From assembly GCA_038247415.1 (NCBI GenBank), contig JBBRUX010000024.1, positions 1 through 61,775 of the forward strand: a stretch of 61,775 nucleotides of DNA, written 5' to 3'. This stretch comes from Chitinivibrionales bacterium (GTDB taxonomy: Bacteria; Fibrobacterota; Chitinivibrionia; Chitinivibrionales; WJKA01). A program made the translations under genes and the position numbers. Below, piece after piece: positions 1-9,873 of this stretch (its first letter is position 1; every line of letters begins with the position of its first letter). The notes below the pieces were generated by a model. The model did no database searches. It was not told the origin of the DNA and worked only from the letters and a program-made list of their open reading frames with translations.

Positions 1-597
1 AAACCGATACGTCTTGGTGCCGATATTGTAGTGCATAGCGCAACAAAATATTTGTCGGGACATAATGATACTGTTTCGGGCGTTGTGGTATCGGCAACTC
101 AGGTTCTCGGGGAGAAAATTGCCTATATTCAAAATGCAGGTGGGGCCATTTTATCTCCCTTCGATTGCTGGCTCGCGCTTCGTGGGCTTAAAACATTAGC
201 AGTGCGCATGGATAGAGCAATGGATAATGCAAGTAAGCTTGCTGTGTGGCTTAAGAAACACCCCAAAGTAAACGAAACCTATTTTCCGGGATTATCATCA
301 CACTCCGATAGTAAAATTCATGCTCGTCAATCGTCTGGTCCTGGAGCAATTCTTTCGATTCGTGTAAAAGGCAAAATTCTGGCTCGAAACATTATTAATT
401 CTGTAAAAGTATTCTCGTATGCCGAAAGTTTGGGCGGTGTAGAGTCTCTGATTACCTACCCAGTCTCGCAAACCCATGCAGATATTCCTGTGTCAACGCG
501 TAAAAAGCTCGGCATTACCGATGATTTGCTGAGGCTGTCGGTGGGAATTGAGCATATTGATGATATTATTGCTGACCTTTCTAATGCGCTTAAATAA
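1..597 (+). CDS. PLP-dependent cystathionine gamma-synthase/beta-lyase family protein (5'-truncated by window edge)
   Basis: Frame open from base 1 (KPIRLGADIVVHSATKYLSGH, PLP-lysine motif); AESLGGVESLI and LRLSVGIE motifs of the Cys/Met metabolism family. Confidence 0.9.
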   Translation, partial: KPIRLGADIVVHSATKYLSGHNDTVSGVVVSATQVLGEKIAYIQNAGGAILSPFDCWLALRGLKTLAVRMDRAMDNASKLAVWLKKHPKVNETYFPGLSSHSDSKIHARQSSGPGAILSIRVKGKILARNIINSVKVFSYAESLGGVESLITYPVSQTHADIPVSTRKKLGITDDLLRLSVGIEHIDDIIADLSNALK

Positions 598-646
598 TAT
601 GCGATAGCTTTTGCCTTTCCATAGGGCTAAAGCAGAATGAGAATCT

Positions 647-990
647 GGGCGTTCCAGCTTCGCTGTCGATCCTCACCCCGTCCGCCCTAACGCGCTTGAC
701 ATCAGAATGTCTGAACGCGATTACATGGATTATGCGATTACCATGATTAGGCCTGAAAAAATCATGTCCATCACGTAAATTAACACTTCGACATTTCGAC
801 GACGCTCAATGCGGCGAACCGCGCAGGGTCCGAGGTGAGGTTCTAAAGTAAATAAATCCCATAGTTCTTCTTCGGAAAAGATCCCTTGACTTCCGCGCCT
901 GTAAGAAGAGCCGACGGTGCACACCGTGGCGCCCTGATTCAGATTGATGGATTGAAATCTATGAATTTATTAGTTTGGCGACCAAATGGA
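647..990. repeat. Composite palindromic intergenic element, copy 1 (internally deleted)
   Basis: Shares GGGCG..TCCTCACCCC, GCGCTTGACAT, GGATTATGCGATTACCAT, TTGACT.CCGCG and GTAAGAAG.GCCG..GGCGCCC blocks, in the same order, with 27054-27560. Confidence 0.85.
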
Positions 991-1056
991 TTGGAATCAA
1001 AGTATGACTTTATTCAAATTGTAAGAATTTATTGGGTTAGGGCCCAGAATCCGGCA

Positions 1057-2241
1057 TTATTTCTGGTCTGGGATTTTTATCATCCTCGCTGCAAAAAAAT
1101 TAGCAACTGCAATAATCGCCCCGCCTAAAAAAACCGCTTGATAGCCAAATTTTGCCCAAATAAGACCACCAATAAGTGCAATGGATATAGAAAAAATATG
1201 ATCGAGGGTAATTGACATGGTAAGTGTTGGCGTAAGGTGATCCTTGTTGGTGATAATTTTTTTAAGATAGGTTGATCGAGCCATATTTACCGACATCAGG
1301 AGCTGGTCGATGATAAAACATGCTGCTGCAATAATGAGGGCGATTGCAGGCGTAAATATATTTTGTGCATAACCATAGCCTGCGCATACAAAAATAAGCA
1401 ACACGGCTTCGAAGGTAAGAACCCATTTTTCTCCGAGTGTATCGACTGCTTTTCCAAGGAGGGGTTGAAAAAATATCCCAGAAACACCCGCTATGGTGAG
1501 CAATGTAGCAATGGTTGTTGTAGGCTGTTTGTAAACGGTAACAAGTACCCATGGTGCAAAGGTTAAGAATATTTGTTTGCGTGTACCAAAAAGAACTGAG
1601 AGCCAATAATAGAGACGATATTCTTTATGCAATTTGAGGTGCATTTTTGGTGGATGCGCCTTGCCAGGCTTCATAGTAAAAAGTAGTATCGCTCCAAGGA
1701 TATAAAAAAATGCTGCAATAATAAACGAAGACGTAAAGGTAAAGTGAAACCATTTAAATCCTATCAAAATAAAGAAGCTTCCACAAATGACTGCGGTGTT
1801 GCGGATTGCATTTAATTGCCCAAGGCGTGCCCCGGTCTTACCTTCGAAGGAAAGCTCCATAGCGATGGCAGTATTAAGAGGCATGAACATGTGTTGACCA
1901 AGACTAAAAAGAAAAAGCCACACAAACATCCAATGAAAAGTAATCGAAAACAATCCCATACAGACAAGTCCGATGCCACCTACAATGGTAGCGAACATGG
2001 CAAGGCGTCGATTGGGTAAAAAGTAGAGAGCTGCGGATGCAAATATAACAAGAAATCCTCCCGATTCACGCGGGAGCTCTAAAAATGTTCGATTGAGTCC
2101 GGATAGCATAAATCGTTCGTTAAGAAAGTTGTTGAAAATTGCGTTTACAATACTTTCGGCAAAACCAAGTGCTGCAATGGTACAAATAAAGAGGGTTAAA
2201 TCTTTGCGAAATGAGAGGCTTTTAGAGGCTTCGGTATCCAT
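1057..2241 (-). CDS. MFS transporter
   Basis: 394 aa, about 12 hydrophobic segments, GKAVDTLGEK loop motif. Confidence 0.85.
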   Translation of the reverse strand: MDTEASKSLSFRKDLTLFICTIAALGFAESIVNAIFNNFLNERFMLSGLNRTFLELPRESGGFLVIFASAALYFLPNRRLAMFATIVGGIGLVCMGLFSITFHWMFVWLFLFSLGQHMFMPLNTAIAMELSFEGKTGARLGQLNAIRNTAVICGSFFILIGFKWFHFTFTSSFIIAAFFYILGAILLFTMKPGKAHPPKMHLKLHKEYRLYYWLSVLFGTRKQIFLTFAPWVLVTVYKQPTTTIATLLTIAGVSGIFFQPLLGKAVDTLGEKWVLTFEAVLLIFVCAGYGYAQNIFTPAIALIIAAACFIIDQLLMSVNMARSTYLKKIITNKDHLTPTLTMSITLDHIFSISIALIGGLIWAKFGYQAVFLGGAIIAVANFFAARMIKIPDQK

Positions 2242-2278
2242 ATTATTTTCTTTCTGTCAAAATGGTGCAATGCTTTGA

Positions 2279-3541
2279 TCAGGTGTTTTCGGTATGCCTC
2301 TGTTTTTGAGCCGCCCTTTGTGGAGGAAATGTGGCTGCAAGTAATCCAAGTACTAAAAATATAAGACTTGTTAGTGCAAAAACACTGCGCATGCCAAACA
2401 AAGCCACACATACCGCGGCGAGAAATGGCGAGAGTGCTCTTCCTGCTGCTCCGATACTGTTATCTAAGCCGTATACTCTCCCCGCATCGTTTTTATGCGA
2501 AATGTGTGAAAGTAAAGACGATAATGTAGGCGCTAAGCCACCAATGCCAATACCAGCCACCGCATACAGAACCATAAGCTGCCATTGACTAGTAACGAAT
2601 GCTTGCGGAATAAATAAAGCTGCGGAAAAAAGCGCACACAAAAGAGCTACCCTGTGCGGACTTTTAGAGTCTGACCATGATCCCAGAAAGTAGGTCGAGA
2701 GAGTGCTTGCAAGCGATGATACGCCAATAATTATACCCGTCGTACTCCCAACGCCTTTTTTTGATTCCATGAGAGTTGCCACAAAAAGAGGAAGTATTGG
2801 TGACAAAACAGTTCTTCCCATACTCGACAAAAAACGAAGCAAAAGCACCTGTTTCATTCCACGCAGCTTAAGCAGGCTGCCCCATGAGCTGGCTTTGGGA
2901 GATTGGAGATCGCTGGCTGAATTCTGATTAATTTTAATCTCATTGATAAAAAGAATAACAACAATTCCTGACAAAAGCAGAAGCATGGCTGTGCCGATAA
3001 ACGTAACACGAAAGCCAAATGCATCGGAGATTATACCACCTAAAAAGGGGCCAATAGACACGCCAGACCACAGGCCTAATTGAAAAACTCCCATGGCATA
3101 ACCTGTTTTATTTTCTGGAACTCGCGCAATAATGAGTGCCGAAAGTGAAGCGATTACCCCGCTTAAAAAGCCCTGGATTGCACGGAGAATGATAAGTTCT
3201 TCTGAGGTTCTTACAAACCCCATAAGGCAAATACTGAGCGCGCCACCAAAGAGCGATCGTACTACCATAGGTTTTCGACCGTAGCGGTCTGCCAAGCTAC
3301 CCCATATCGGTGAGGCAATCATCATGGTAATTGCAGCCGATGAAAATGCCATTGCGGAAAGCGTTGAATTTTTTAAGCCAGAAACTGAGGGAAGTGTGTC
3401 GATGTAGAGCGGTAAAAAAGGAAATACCGTAGAGAAGCTTATTGAGGTGCACACTTGCACCCCAAAGCAGAGCCAGAGCATTGTTTGCCATGATTGCTCT
3501 TTGTGGACACCATAATCTGACGATGCGACACCCAAACTCAT
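2279..3541 (-). CDS. MFS transporter (MdtG/DHA1-like)
   Basis: WGSLADRYGRKPM motif A and LRAIQG motif B; start overlaps metH stop (ATGA). Confidence 0.9.
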   Translation of the reverse strand: MSLGVASSDYGVHKEQSWQTMLWLCFGVQVCTSISFSTVFPFLPLYIDTLPSVSGLKNSTLSAMAFSSAAITMMIASPIWGSLADRYGRKPMVVRSLFGGALSICLMGFVRTSEELIILRAIQGFLSGVIASLSALIIARVPENKTGYAMGVFQLGLWSGVSIGPFLGGIISDAFGFRVTFIGTAMLLLLSGIVVILFINEIKINQNSASDLQSPKASSWGSLLKLRGMKQVLLLRFLSSMGRTVLSPILPLFVATLMESKKGVGSTTGIIIGVSSLASTLSTYFLGSWSDSKSPHRVALLCALFSAALFIPQAFVTSQWQLMVLYAVAGIGIGGLAPTLSSLLSHISHKNDAGRVYGLDNSIGAAGRALSPFLAAVCVALFGMRSVFALTSLIFLVLGLLAATFPPQRAAQKQRHTENT

Positions 3542-6500
3542 GATTTACAAATTTGAGAGAGCCGCTTTTTTGCCTCTTCAAATGAATCGCCATTTCGTGA
3601 AGCATATGATCGCGCTTGATCTGCATCTATTGCCGTAAGCCCAAAATATGCCGATTGCGGGTGCGAGAAATAATAGCCGCACACCGATGCTTCGGGAGTC
3701 ATCATTTTAGAGTCGGTTAAAGAAATTCCACAATTCTTTTCTACATCAAGCAATGAGAAAAGTGTTGATTTAAGAGCATGGTCGGGGCAGGCTGGATATC
3801 CTGGAGCTGGTCTGATTCCTTGATAGCGAACACGAAACATTTCATCAATAGAGATGTTCTCGTTTGGTGCATAACCCCAATAATCTTTACGCACTTCCTC
3901 GTGAAGTTTTTCGGCAAATGCTTCGGCAAGTCTATCTGCAAGAACTTTAACCATAATTGCAGAATAATCGTCGTTGGCTGCTTCGCACTCTGCAACAATT
4001 TTGGCAAGACCATCGCCCGCTGTAACTGCAAAAAAACCAAGGTAGTCTGCTTTTAAGCTTTCGTGTGGAGCAATGAAATCTGCAAGAGAATAGAGCGGTT
4101 TATTATCTGCTTTAGGGGTTTGTTGCCGTAAACAAGGAACTGTTGCAGCAATTGCAGTACGTGTGTCATTTGTATAGACAATGATATCTTCGTTATTTTT
4201 GGAATTGGCCGGCAGGATGCCTACAACTCCGTGGGCTTTTAATCGTCTCTGTGCAATAAGTTTATCGAGGAATACATTTGCTTCTGCAAAGAGTTTTTGC
4301 GCCTGAATACCGTATTTTTCATCTGAGAGAAGGGCTGGGTAGGTGCCTGGAATTTCCCACGCAGTATAAAAGAATGTCCAATCGATATAGGGACGTAACG
4401 TTTCGAGCGGGTAATTTTTTAAGACAACAGGAAGAATGGTACGCGGCTTTGGCGGGGTATAGGTATTAAAATCGAGAACAAGTTTTCGTTGTTTAGCTGT
4501 TTGGTAGGGGAGAAGGGCAGCTTGAGCGCTTGAGTTTTCGTAATTCTCGCGAATGGTCGTATAATCGCGAGCTATCTCTGCGCAATAGGCGTCTTTTTCC
4601 GTAGGGCTCATAAGTTTTTGACAAACGCCCACTGCAAGAGATGCATCAACTACATGCACCACAGGCTTTGTGTAGCGTGGCGCGATTTTTACTGCAGTAT
4701 GTTTTTTTGAAGTTGTTGCACCACCAAGAATAAGGGGGACAGTAAGTGCTCGTTTTTCCATTTCTGCGGCAACAGAACACATTTCGTCAAGTGAAGGAGT
4801 AATAAGGCCGCTTAAGCCAATAATATCTGCTTTTTCTTTTATTGCGGTGTCAAGTATTGTTTCGCAGGGAACCATAACGCCGCAATCGATAACTTTATAA
4901 TTGTTACACGCAAGCACAACTTCTACAATTTTTTTGCCAATATCATGAACGTCACCCTTGACAGTAGCAAGAACCACAGTGCCCTGATAAGAGCGATCAG
5001 ATCCTGCTGTTTGCATAAAAGGAGTTAGATACGCAACCGCCTTTTTCATGACGCGAGCACTTTTAATAACCTGGGGCAAAAACATTTTCCCTGCGCCAAA
5101 GAGTTCGCCAACTGCATTCATGCCATTCATAAGAGGACCTTCGATAACAAGTAAGGGCTTTGATAGAACCTCGAGAGCTTCTTTGGCATCGTGTTCTATG
5201 TATCGGTCGATTCCATGTACAAGAGAATGTGATATGCGTGCTTCTATGGGTAATTCCCGCCATGAAAGGTCGATTGTTTGTCCTTTTGCCTGAGATGAAG
5301 CACTATCGGCAACCGCAAGCAATCGTTCTGTTGCATCTTCTCTACGATTAAATATCACATCTTCGATACGCTCACGAAGCTCTGTGGGTACATCCTCAAA
5401 AATGCCAAGCGTAGCCGGATTAACAATTCCCATTGACAAACCAGCTTTGATGGCATGGTATAAAAAGACGGTATTTATTGCTTCTCGCAAAGCATTGTTG
5501 CCGCGAAATGAGAATGAAACATTGCTTAGACCACCACTAATTTGGCAGAGAGGATATGTTTTTCTTAGCCATGCTACTGCATTTATAAAGTCTATTCCGT
5601 AAAGGCTATGTTCGGTTAACCCGGTTGCTATAGCAAAAATATTAGGATCAAAAATTATATCTGAGGGATTAACGCCTGCCTTTTCTGTAAGCAACGTATA
5701 TGAACGACTGCAAATGTCAATTTTTTTCTGAAAAGTGTCGGCTTGTCCATTTTCATCAAATGCCATCACCACAACGGCAGCCCCAAGGTGTCGAAGCAGA
5801 AGAGCCCGTTCCAGAAAAATTCCTTCACCTTCCTTAAGACTTATCGAATTTACAATGCACTTTCCCTGAACGCATTTTACGCCAGCAATAATTGTTTCCC
5901 ACTTAGATGAATCGACCATGATAGGTACTTTACTAACTGCTGGTTCGCTGCTTACATAATGCAGAAATTCCTGCATGGCAGCAACAGAATCAAGCATTGC
6001 TTCATCCATATTGACATCGATAATTTGGGCGCCATTATCGACCTGATTGCGCGCAACATCGATTGCCGATTCGAAATCATTACTTTTAATGAGTGTAGCA
6101 AATTTAGATGATCCGGTAACATTGGTACGTTCACCAATATTTGCAAAAAGGCTATCCTGAGTTATCGCCAAAGGCTCAAGACCCGAAAAGAAACTGCCTT
6201 TTTCTGGATTGTCTACTTTTCGTGGTTTGATTGATGCAACAGCATCGGCAATTGCTTGGATGTGTGCAGGGGTAGTGCCGCAACAGCCTCCTACTACGTT
6301 TAGTAAACCTTCTTGTGCAATATCACCTATAATAGCGGCCATGATCTCGGGGGTATCGTTATACAGACCAAACGCATCGGGTAAACCTGCGTTGGGATGC
6401 ATGCTAACACCAAAGGGAGAGTGTGCAGCGAGTTCCACAATATGCCGTTTGAGTTCGTGGGCTCCTAGTGCACAATTAAACCCAATAGAAAAGGGATTTG

Positions 6501-7230
6501 AGTGTTCCAGAGAGTATAAAAATGCGCTTGGTGTTTGTCCCGAGAGCGTACGTCCGCTTGCATCAGTAATGGTTCCCGAAATCATGATGGGCATTTCGAT
6601 CCCACGCTTTTGGAACACGTTCAATGTTGCAAAAATGGCGGCCTTTGCGTTGAGGGTATCGAAAATGGTCTCGATAATGATAATATCAGATCCACCGTCT
6701 ATGAGTCCCTCCACAGCAGTGATATACGCTGTTGTCATGAGGTCGAACGATGTTGCCCTAAAAGCAGGGTTGTTGACATCGGGAGAAATAGAAAGCGTTT
6801 TGCTTGTTGGTCCAATAGAGCCTGCAACAAAGCATGGCCTATTGGGGTGTTTTGAAGCATGTAGCGTAACGCATTCGCGGGCAATTCGAGCGCCGGCAAC
6901 ATTGAGTTCGTAGGCAAGCTCTGTTGTGGCGTAATCGGCCTGAGAAACGGTGGTCGAATTGAATGTATTGGTTTTAAGAATCTGGGCACCCGCTTCAAGG
7001 TACGCAGAATGAACATTTGCGATAGCATGTGGCTGAGTAAGGTTTAAAATGTCGTTATTTCCAGCCAAGTTCTGCACATGATTTTTAAATCGATCGCCTC
7101 TAAAATCAGCTTCCGAAAGCTTAAGAGACTGGAGCATGGTGCCCATAGCCCCATCGAGAATTAGGATGTGGTCTTTGTTCCAAGAGTCAAGGATTGCGCG
7201 TGTGTTCATGTGCAAAAAATCTTTCTTCAA
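3538..7230 (-). CDS. metH: Cobalamin-dependent methionine synthase
   Basis: LDGAMGT, GGCCGT, IGERTNVTGS, GDVHDIG cobalamin motif and RPAPGYPACPDH; start may be ATG 7209. Confidence 0.97.
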   Translation of the reverse strand: MKKDFLHMNTRAILDSWNKDHILILDGAMGTMLQSLKLSEADFRGDRFKNHVQNLAGNNDILNLTQPHAIANVHSAYLEAGAQILKTNTFNSTTVSQADYATTELAYELNVAGARIARECVTLHASKHPNRPCFVAGSIGPTSKTLSISPDVNNPAFRATSFDLMTTAYITAVEGLIDGGSDIIIIETIFDTLNAKAAIFATLNVFQKRGIEMPIMISGTITDASGRTLSGQTPSAFLYSLEHSNPFSIGFNCALGAHELKRHIVELAAHSPFGVSMHPNAGLPDAFGLYNDTPEIMAAIIGDIAQEGLLNVVGGCCGTTPAHIQAIADAVASIKPRKVDNPEKGSFFSGLEPLAITQDSLFANIGERTNVTGSSKFATLIKSNDFESAIDVARNQVDNGAQIIDVNMDEAMLDSVAAMQEFLHYVSSEPAVSKVPIMVDSSKWETIIAGVKCVQGKCIVNSISLKEGEGIFLERALLLRHLGAAVVVMAFDENGQADTFQKKIDICSRSYTLLTEKAGVNPSDIIFDPNIFAIATGLTEHSLYGIDFINAVAWLRKTYPLCQISGGLSNVSFSFRGNNALREAINTVFLYHAIKAGLSMGIVNPATLGIFEDVPTELRERIEDVIFNRREDATERLLAVADSASSQAKGQTIDLSWRELPIEARISHSLVHGIDRYIEHDAKEALEVLSKPLLVIEGPLMNGMNAVGELFGAGKMFLPQVIKSARVMKKAVAYLTPFMQTAGSDRSYQGTVVLATVKGDVHDIGKKIVEVVLACNNYKVIDCGVMVPCETILDTAIKEKADIIGLSGLITPSLDEMCSVAAEMEKRALTVPLILGGATTSKKHTAVKIAPRYTKPVVHVVDASLAVGVCQKLMSPTEKDAYCAEIARDYTTIRENYENSSAQAALLPYQTAKQRKLVLDFNTYTPPKPRTILPVVLKNYPLETLRPYIDWTFFYTAWEIPGTYPALLSDEKYGIQAQKLFAEANVFLDKLIAQRRLKAHGVVGILPANSKNNEDIIVYTNDTRTAIAATVPCLRQQTPKADNKPLYSLADFIAPHESLKADYLGFFAVTAGDGLAKIVAECEAANDDYSAIMVKVLADRLAEAFAEKLHEEVRKDYWGYAPNENISIDEMFRVRYQGIRPAPGYPACPDHALKSTLFSLLDVEKNCGISLTDSKMMTPEASVCGYYFSHPQSAYFGLTAIDADQARSYASRNGDSFEEAKKRLSQICKS

Positions 7231-7351
7231 AAAAGTATTTCGTAAATTTAATACTGCATTGAGCTGGTAATGGCTTTAAATCGAGCCTATTAAAATACAC
7301 TCTTGGGTGCATATAACAGATACGTTACTTTGTTAAATAAAATGCAATATA

Positions 7352-7380
7352 TTGACTTTTAATTCCGTATTGGTTATATT
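7352..7380 (+). promoter_or_regulatory. Sigma70-type promoter upstream of cysK
   Basis: TTGACT (7352-7357), 17-bp spacer, TATATT (7375-7380). Confidence 0.6.
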
Positions 7381-7444
7381 AGTTAATGTTGATGAACATG
7401 ATAAACAAAATGATCTACTATATACAATTAATTAAGGGGGAAGT

Positions 7445-8374
7445 ATGAGTATCGCAAAAAATGTCACTGAATTAATCGGAAATACGCCATTAGTTCAAAT
7501 TAATCGGCTTAATGCGGGCTCAATCGCTCAAATTGTAGCCAAGCTCGAATACTTTAATCCGCTATCAAGCGTTAAAGATCGTATTGGAAATGCAATGATC
7601 GAAGATGCAGAAAAAAAAGGATTGCTCAATAAGGATAGCGTTATTATAGAGCCAACCAGTGGAAATACAGGGATTGCGCTCGCTTTTGTAGCTGCTGTTA
7701 AAGGATACAAGCTTATTCTTACCATGCCTGAAACCATGAGCATCGAACGCCGCAAATTGCTTAAAGTTTTTGGCGCAGAACTAGTCCTCACCGAAGGGCC
7801 AAAGGGCATGAAAGGGGCAATTGCCAAAGCCGAAGAGCTGGCTGCATCAACGCCTAATTCATATATGCCACAACAATTCAAAAATCTGGCAAATCCAGAA
7901 ATTCACAGAACAACAACTGCCGAGGAAATTTGGCGCGATACCGACGGAAAAGTTGATATTTTTATAGCTGGCGTAGGTACTGGTGGTACCATAACCGGTG
8001 TTGGGGAAGTGCTTAAAAAGAAAAAGCCTGGCATTAAAATAATCGCTATCGAACCAGATAAGTCTCCCGTATTATCTGGCGGTCAACCGTCTCCTCATAA
8101 AATTCAAGGAATTGGAGCAGGTTTTGTTCCCGATATCCTTAATAAAGGCATTATTGATGAAATTATTAAGGTAAAAGATGAAGATGCTGGTATCACTTCC
8201 CGTGCGGCGGCAAAACAAGAGGGTCTCTTAATTGGAATTTCTTCTGGGGCCGCACTCTGGGCTGCTTTACAAGTTGCCCAGCGTCCCGAAAATGCGGGAA
8301 AGCAAATTGTGGTTTTGTTGCCAAGTTGCGGAGAGCGCTATTTAAGTACATGGCTCTTCGAAGATATCGCATAA
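7445..8374 (+). CDS. cysK: Cysteine synthase A
   Basis: [23 protein letters not shown] and [10 protein letters not shown] motifs. Confidence 0.96.
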   Translation: MSIAKNVTELIGNTPLVQINRLNAGSIAQIVAKLEYFNPLSSVKDRIGNAMIEDAEKKGLLNKDSVIIEPTSGNTGIALAFVAAVKGYKLILTMPETMSIERRKLLKVFGAELVLTEGPKGMKGAIAKAEELAASTPNSYMPQQFKNLANPEIHRTTTAEEIWRDTDGKVDIFIAGVGTGGTITGVGEVLKKKKPGIKIIAIEPDKSPVLSGGQPSPHKIQGIGAGFVPDILNKGIIDEIIKVKDEDAGITSRAAAKQEGLLIGISSGAALWAALQVAQRPENAGKQIVVLLPSCGERYLSTWLFEDIA

Positions 8375-8474
8375 GATACTTCGTTAAGTGCATGGGGGTT
8401 AGTTTGCCGGGCGAGCACGTTTTTCGTTGCTCGATATATCACAAATATCAGATAGGTACGAAAGGACTACCAGT

Positions 8475-9764
8475 ATGAGTCAGACAAAATATCATTTTGA
8501 AACTCTTGCTTTACATGCAGGACAAACCATCGATGCAACGCAATCGCGTGGCGTTCCAATTCATAGAACAAGTTCTTATGTGTTTAAAAATACAGAGCAT
8601 GCAGCAAACTTGTTTGCTCTTAAGGAATTAGGTAATATTTATACGCGTCTTACGAATCCTACAACCGATGTCCTTGAGCAAAGAATTTCTTTGCTTGAGG
8701 GTGGAGCTGCTTCTGTTGCAGTTGCATCGGGGACTTCGGCCATTTTTTATGCGATTATTACGCTTGCGCAAGCAGGGGATGAAATCGTATCTGCAAACAA
8801 TTTGTATGGTGGTACCTACACACAGTTCGATGCTATTTTGCCAAAATTTGGCATTACGGTTAAGTTTGTCGATCCAAAAAATCCTGCCAATTTTGCAAAG
8901 GCGATTACTCCAAAAACGCGTGCTATCTTTGTCGAAACTATTGGTAATCCTGTTTTGGATGTGACCGACATTAAAGCTATTGCCGATGTTGCCCATGCCC
9001 ATGGTTTGCCACTCATTGTTGATGCAACCTTTACAACACCGTATTTACTTAAAACAATTCCGCTTGGTGCCGATATTGTTGTTCAATCGCTTACGAAATG
9101 GATTGGCGGCCATGGAACAGCACTTGGTGGAATAATTACCGATGCAGGAACTTTTACGTGGAATGCTGGCAAGCACCCCTTATTTACAGAACCAGATAGT
9201 AATTATCATGGATTGCGCTGGGGAATCGATTTACCCGCGCCTCTTGCTCCTCTTGCTTTTGCATTGCGCGTGCGTACGGTTCCTTTACGAAATCTTGGTG
9301 CAGCTATTGCGCCGGATAATTCGTGGTTTTTCTTGCAAGGGCTCGAAACATTACCCCTTCGTATGCCTCGACATTCCGAAAATGCATTAGCAGTCGCACA
9401 GCATCTTAAAAAGCATGCCAAGGTTTCCTGGGTGCGCTATCCTGGGCTAGCCGACGATCCTGCTTATCCTGTTGCGTCAAAGCAATTAAAAAATGGCTTT
9501 GGTGGAATGGTTGTTTTTGGTGTAAAAGGTGGATACGACGCTGCGGTGAAGATTATCGATTCGATTCAGCTCTTTTCTCATTTAGCTAACGTTGGCGATG
9601 CGAAAAGTCTTATTCTTCATCCTGCAAGTACAAGTCATAGCCAGCTAACCCCAGAGCAGCAGGCTGAGAGCGGGCTCACACCAGATTTGATACGACTTTC
9701 TATTGGTCTTGAACATATCGATGACTTAATTGCAGCCCTTGATGAAGGTTTATCGAAAGCTTAA
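8475..9764 (+). CDS. metY: O-acetylhomoserine aminocarboxypropyltransferase (sulfhydrylase)
   Basis: FETLALHAGQ, GNIYTRLTNPT, SLTKWIGGHG and LANVGDAKSLILHPASTSH; ATG 8475 follows AAAGGA. Confidence 0.93.
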   Translation: MSQTKYHFETLALHAGQTIDATQSRGVPIHRTSSYVFKNTEHAANLFALKELGNIYTRLTNPTTDVLEQRISLLEGGAASVAVASGTSAIFYAIITLAQAGDEIVSANNLYGGTYTQFDAILPKFGITVKFVDPKNPANFAKAITPKTRAIFVETIGNPVLDVTDIKAIADVAHAHGLPLIVDATFTTPYLLKTIPLGADIVVQSLTKWIGGHGTALGGIITDAGTFTWNAGKHPLFTEPDSNYHGLRWGIDLPAPLAPLAFALRVRTVPLRNLGAAIAPDNSWFFLQGLETLPLRMPRHSENALAVAQHLKKHAKVSWVRYPGLADDPAYPVASKQLKNGFGGMVVFGVKGGYDAAVKIIDSIQLFSHLANVGDAKSLILHPASTSHSQLTPEQQAESGLTPDLIRLSIGLEHIDDLIAALDEGLSKA

Positions 9765-9781
9765 TCTTCTTTTTTGCAAAT

Positions 9782-9820
9782 AAAAAAGCCCTGGTAGCAA
9801 TGCTATCAGGGCTTTTTTTA
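9782..9820. terminator. Bidirectional intrinsic terminator
   Basis: AAAAAAGCCCTGGTAGCAATGCTATCAGGGCTTTTTT between convergent genes. Confidence 0.85.
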
Positions 9821-9873
9821 TTGGTACAAGACTTCTGTGAGTGAAGCCTTAGACAAGCTGAGTCGATAATTTT

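Noticed and set aside
730..1128. Short ORFs 730-924 and 886-1128 (likewise 27032-27265)
   Set aside because: They overlap the non-coding repeat element and have no RBS or recognisable protein features.
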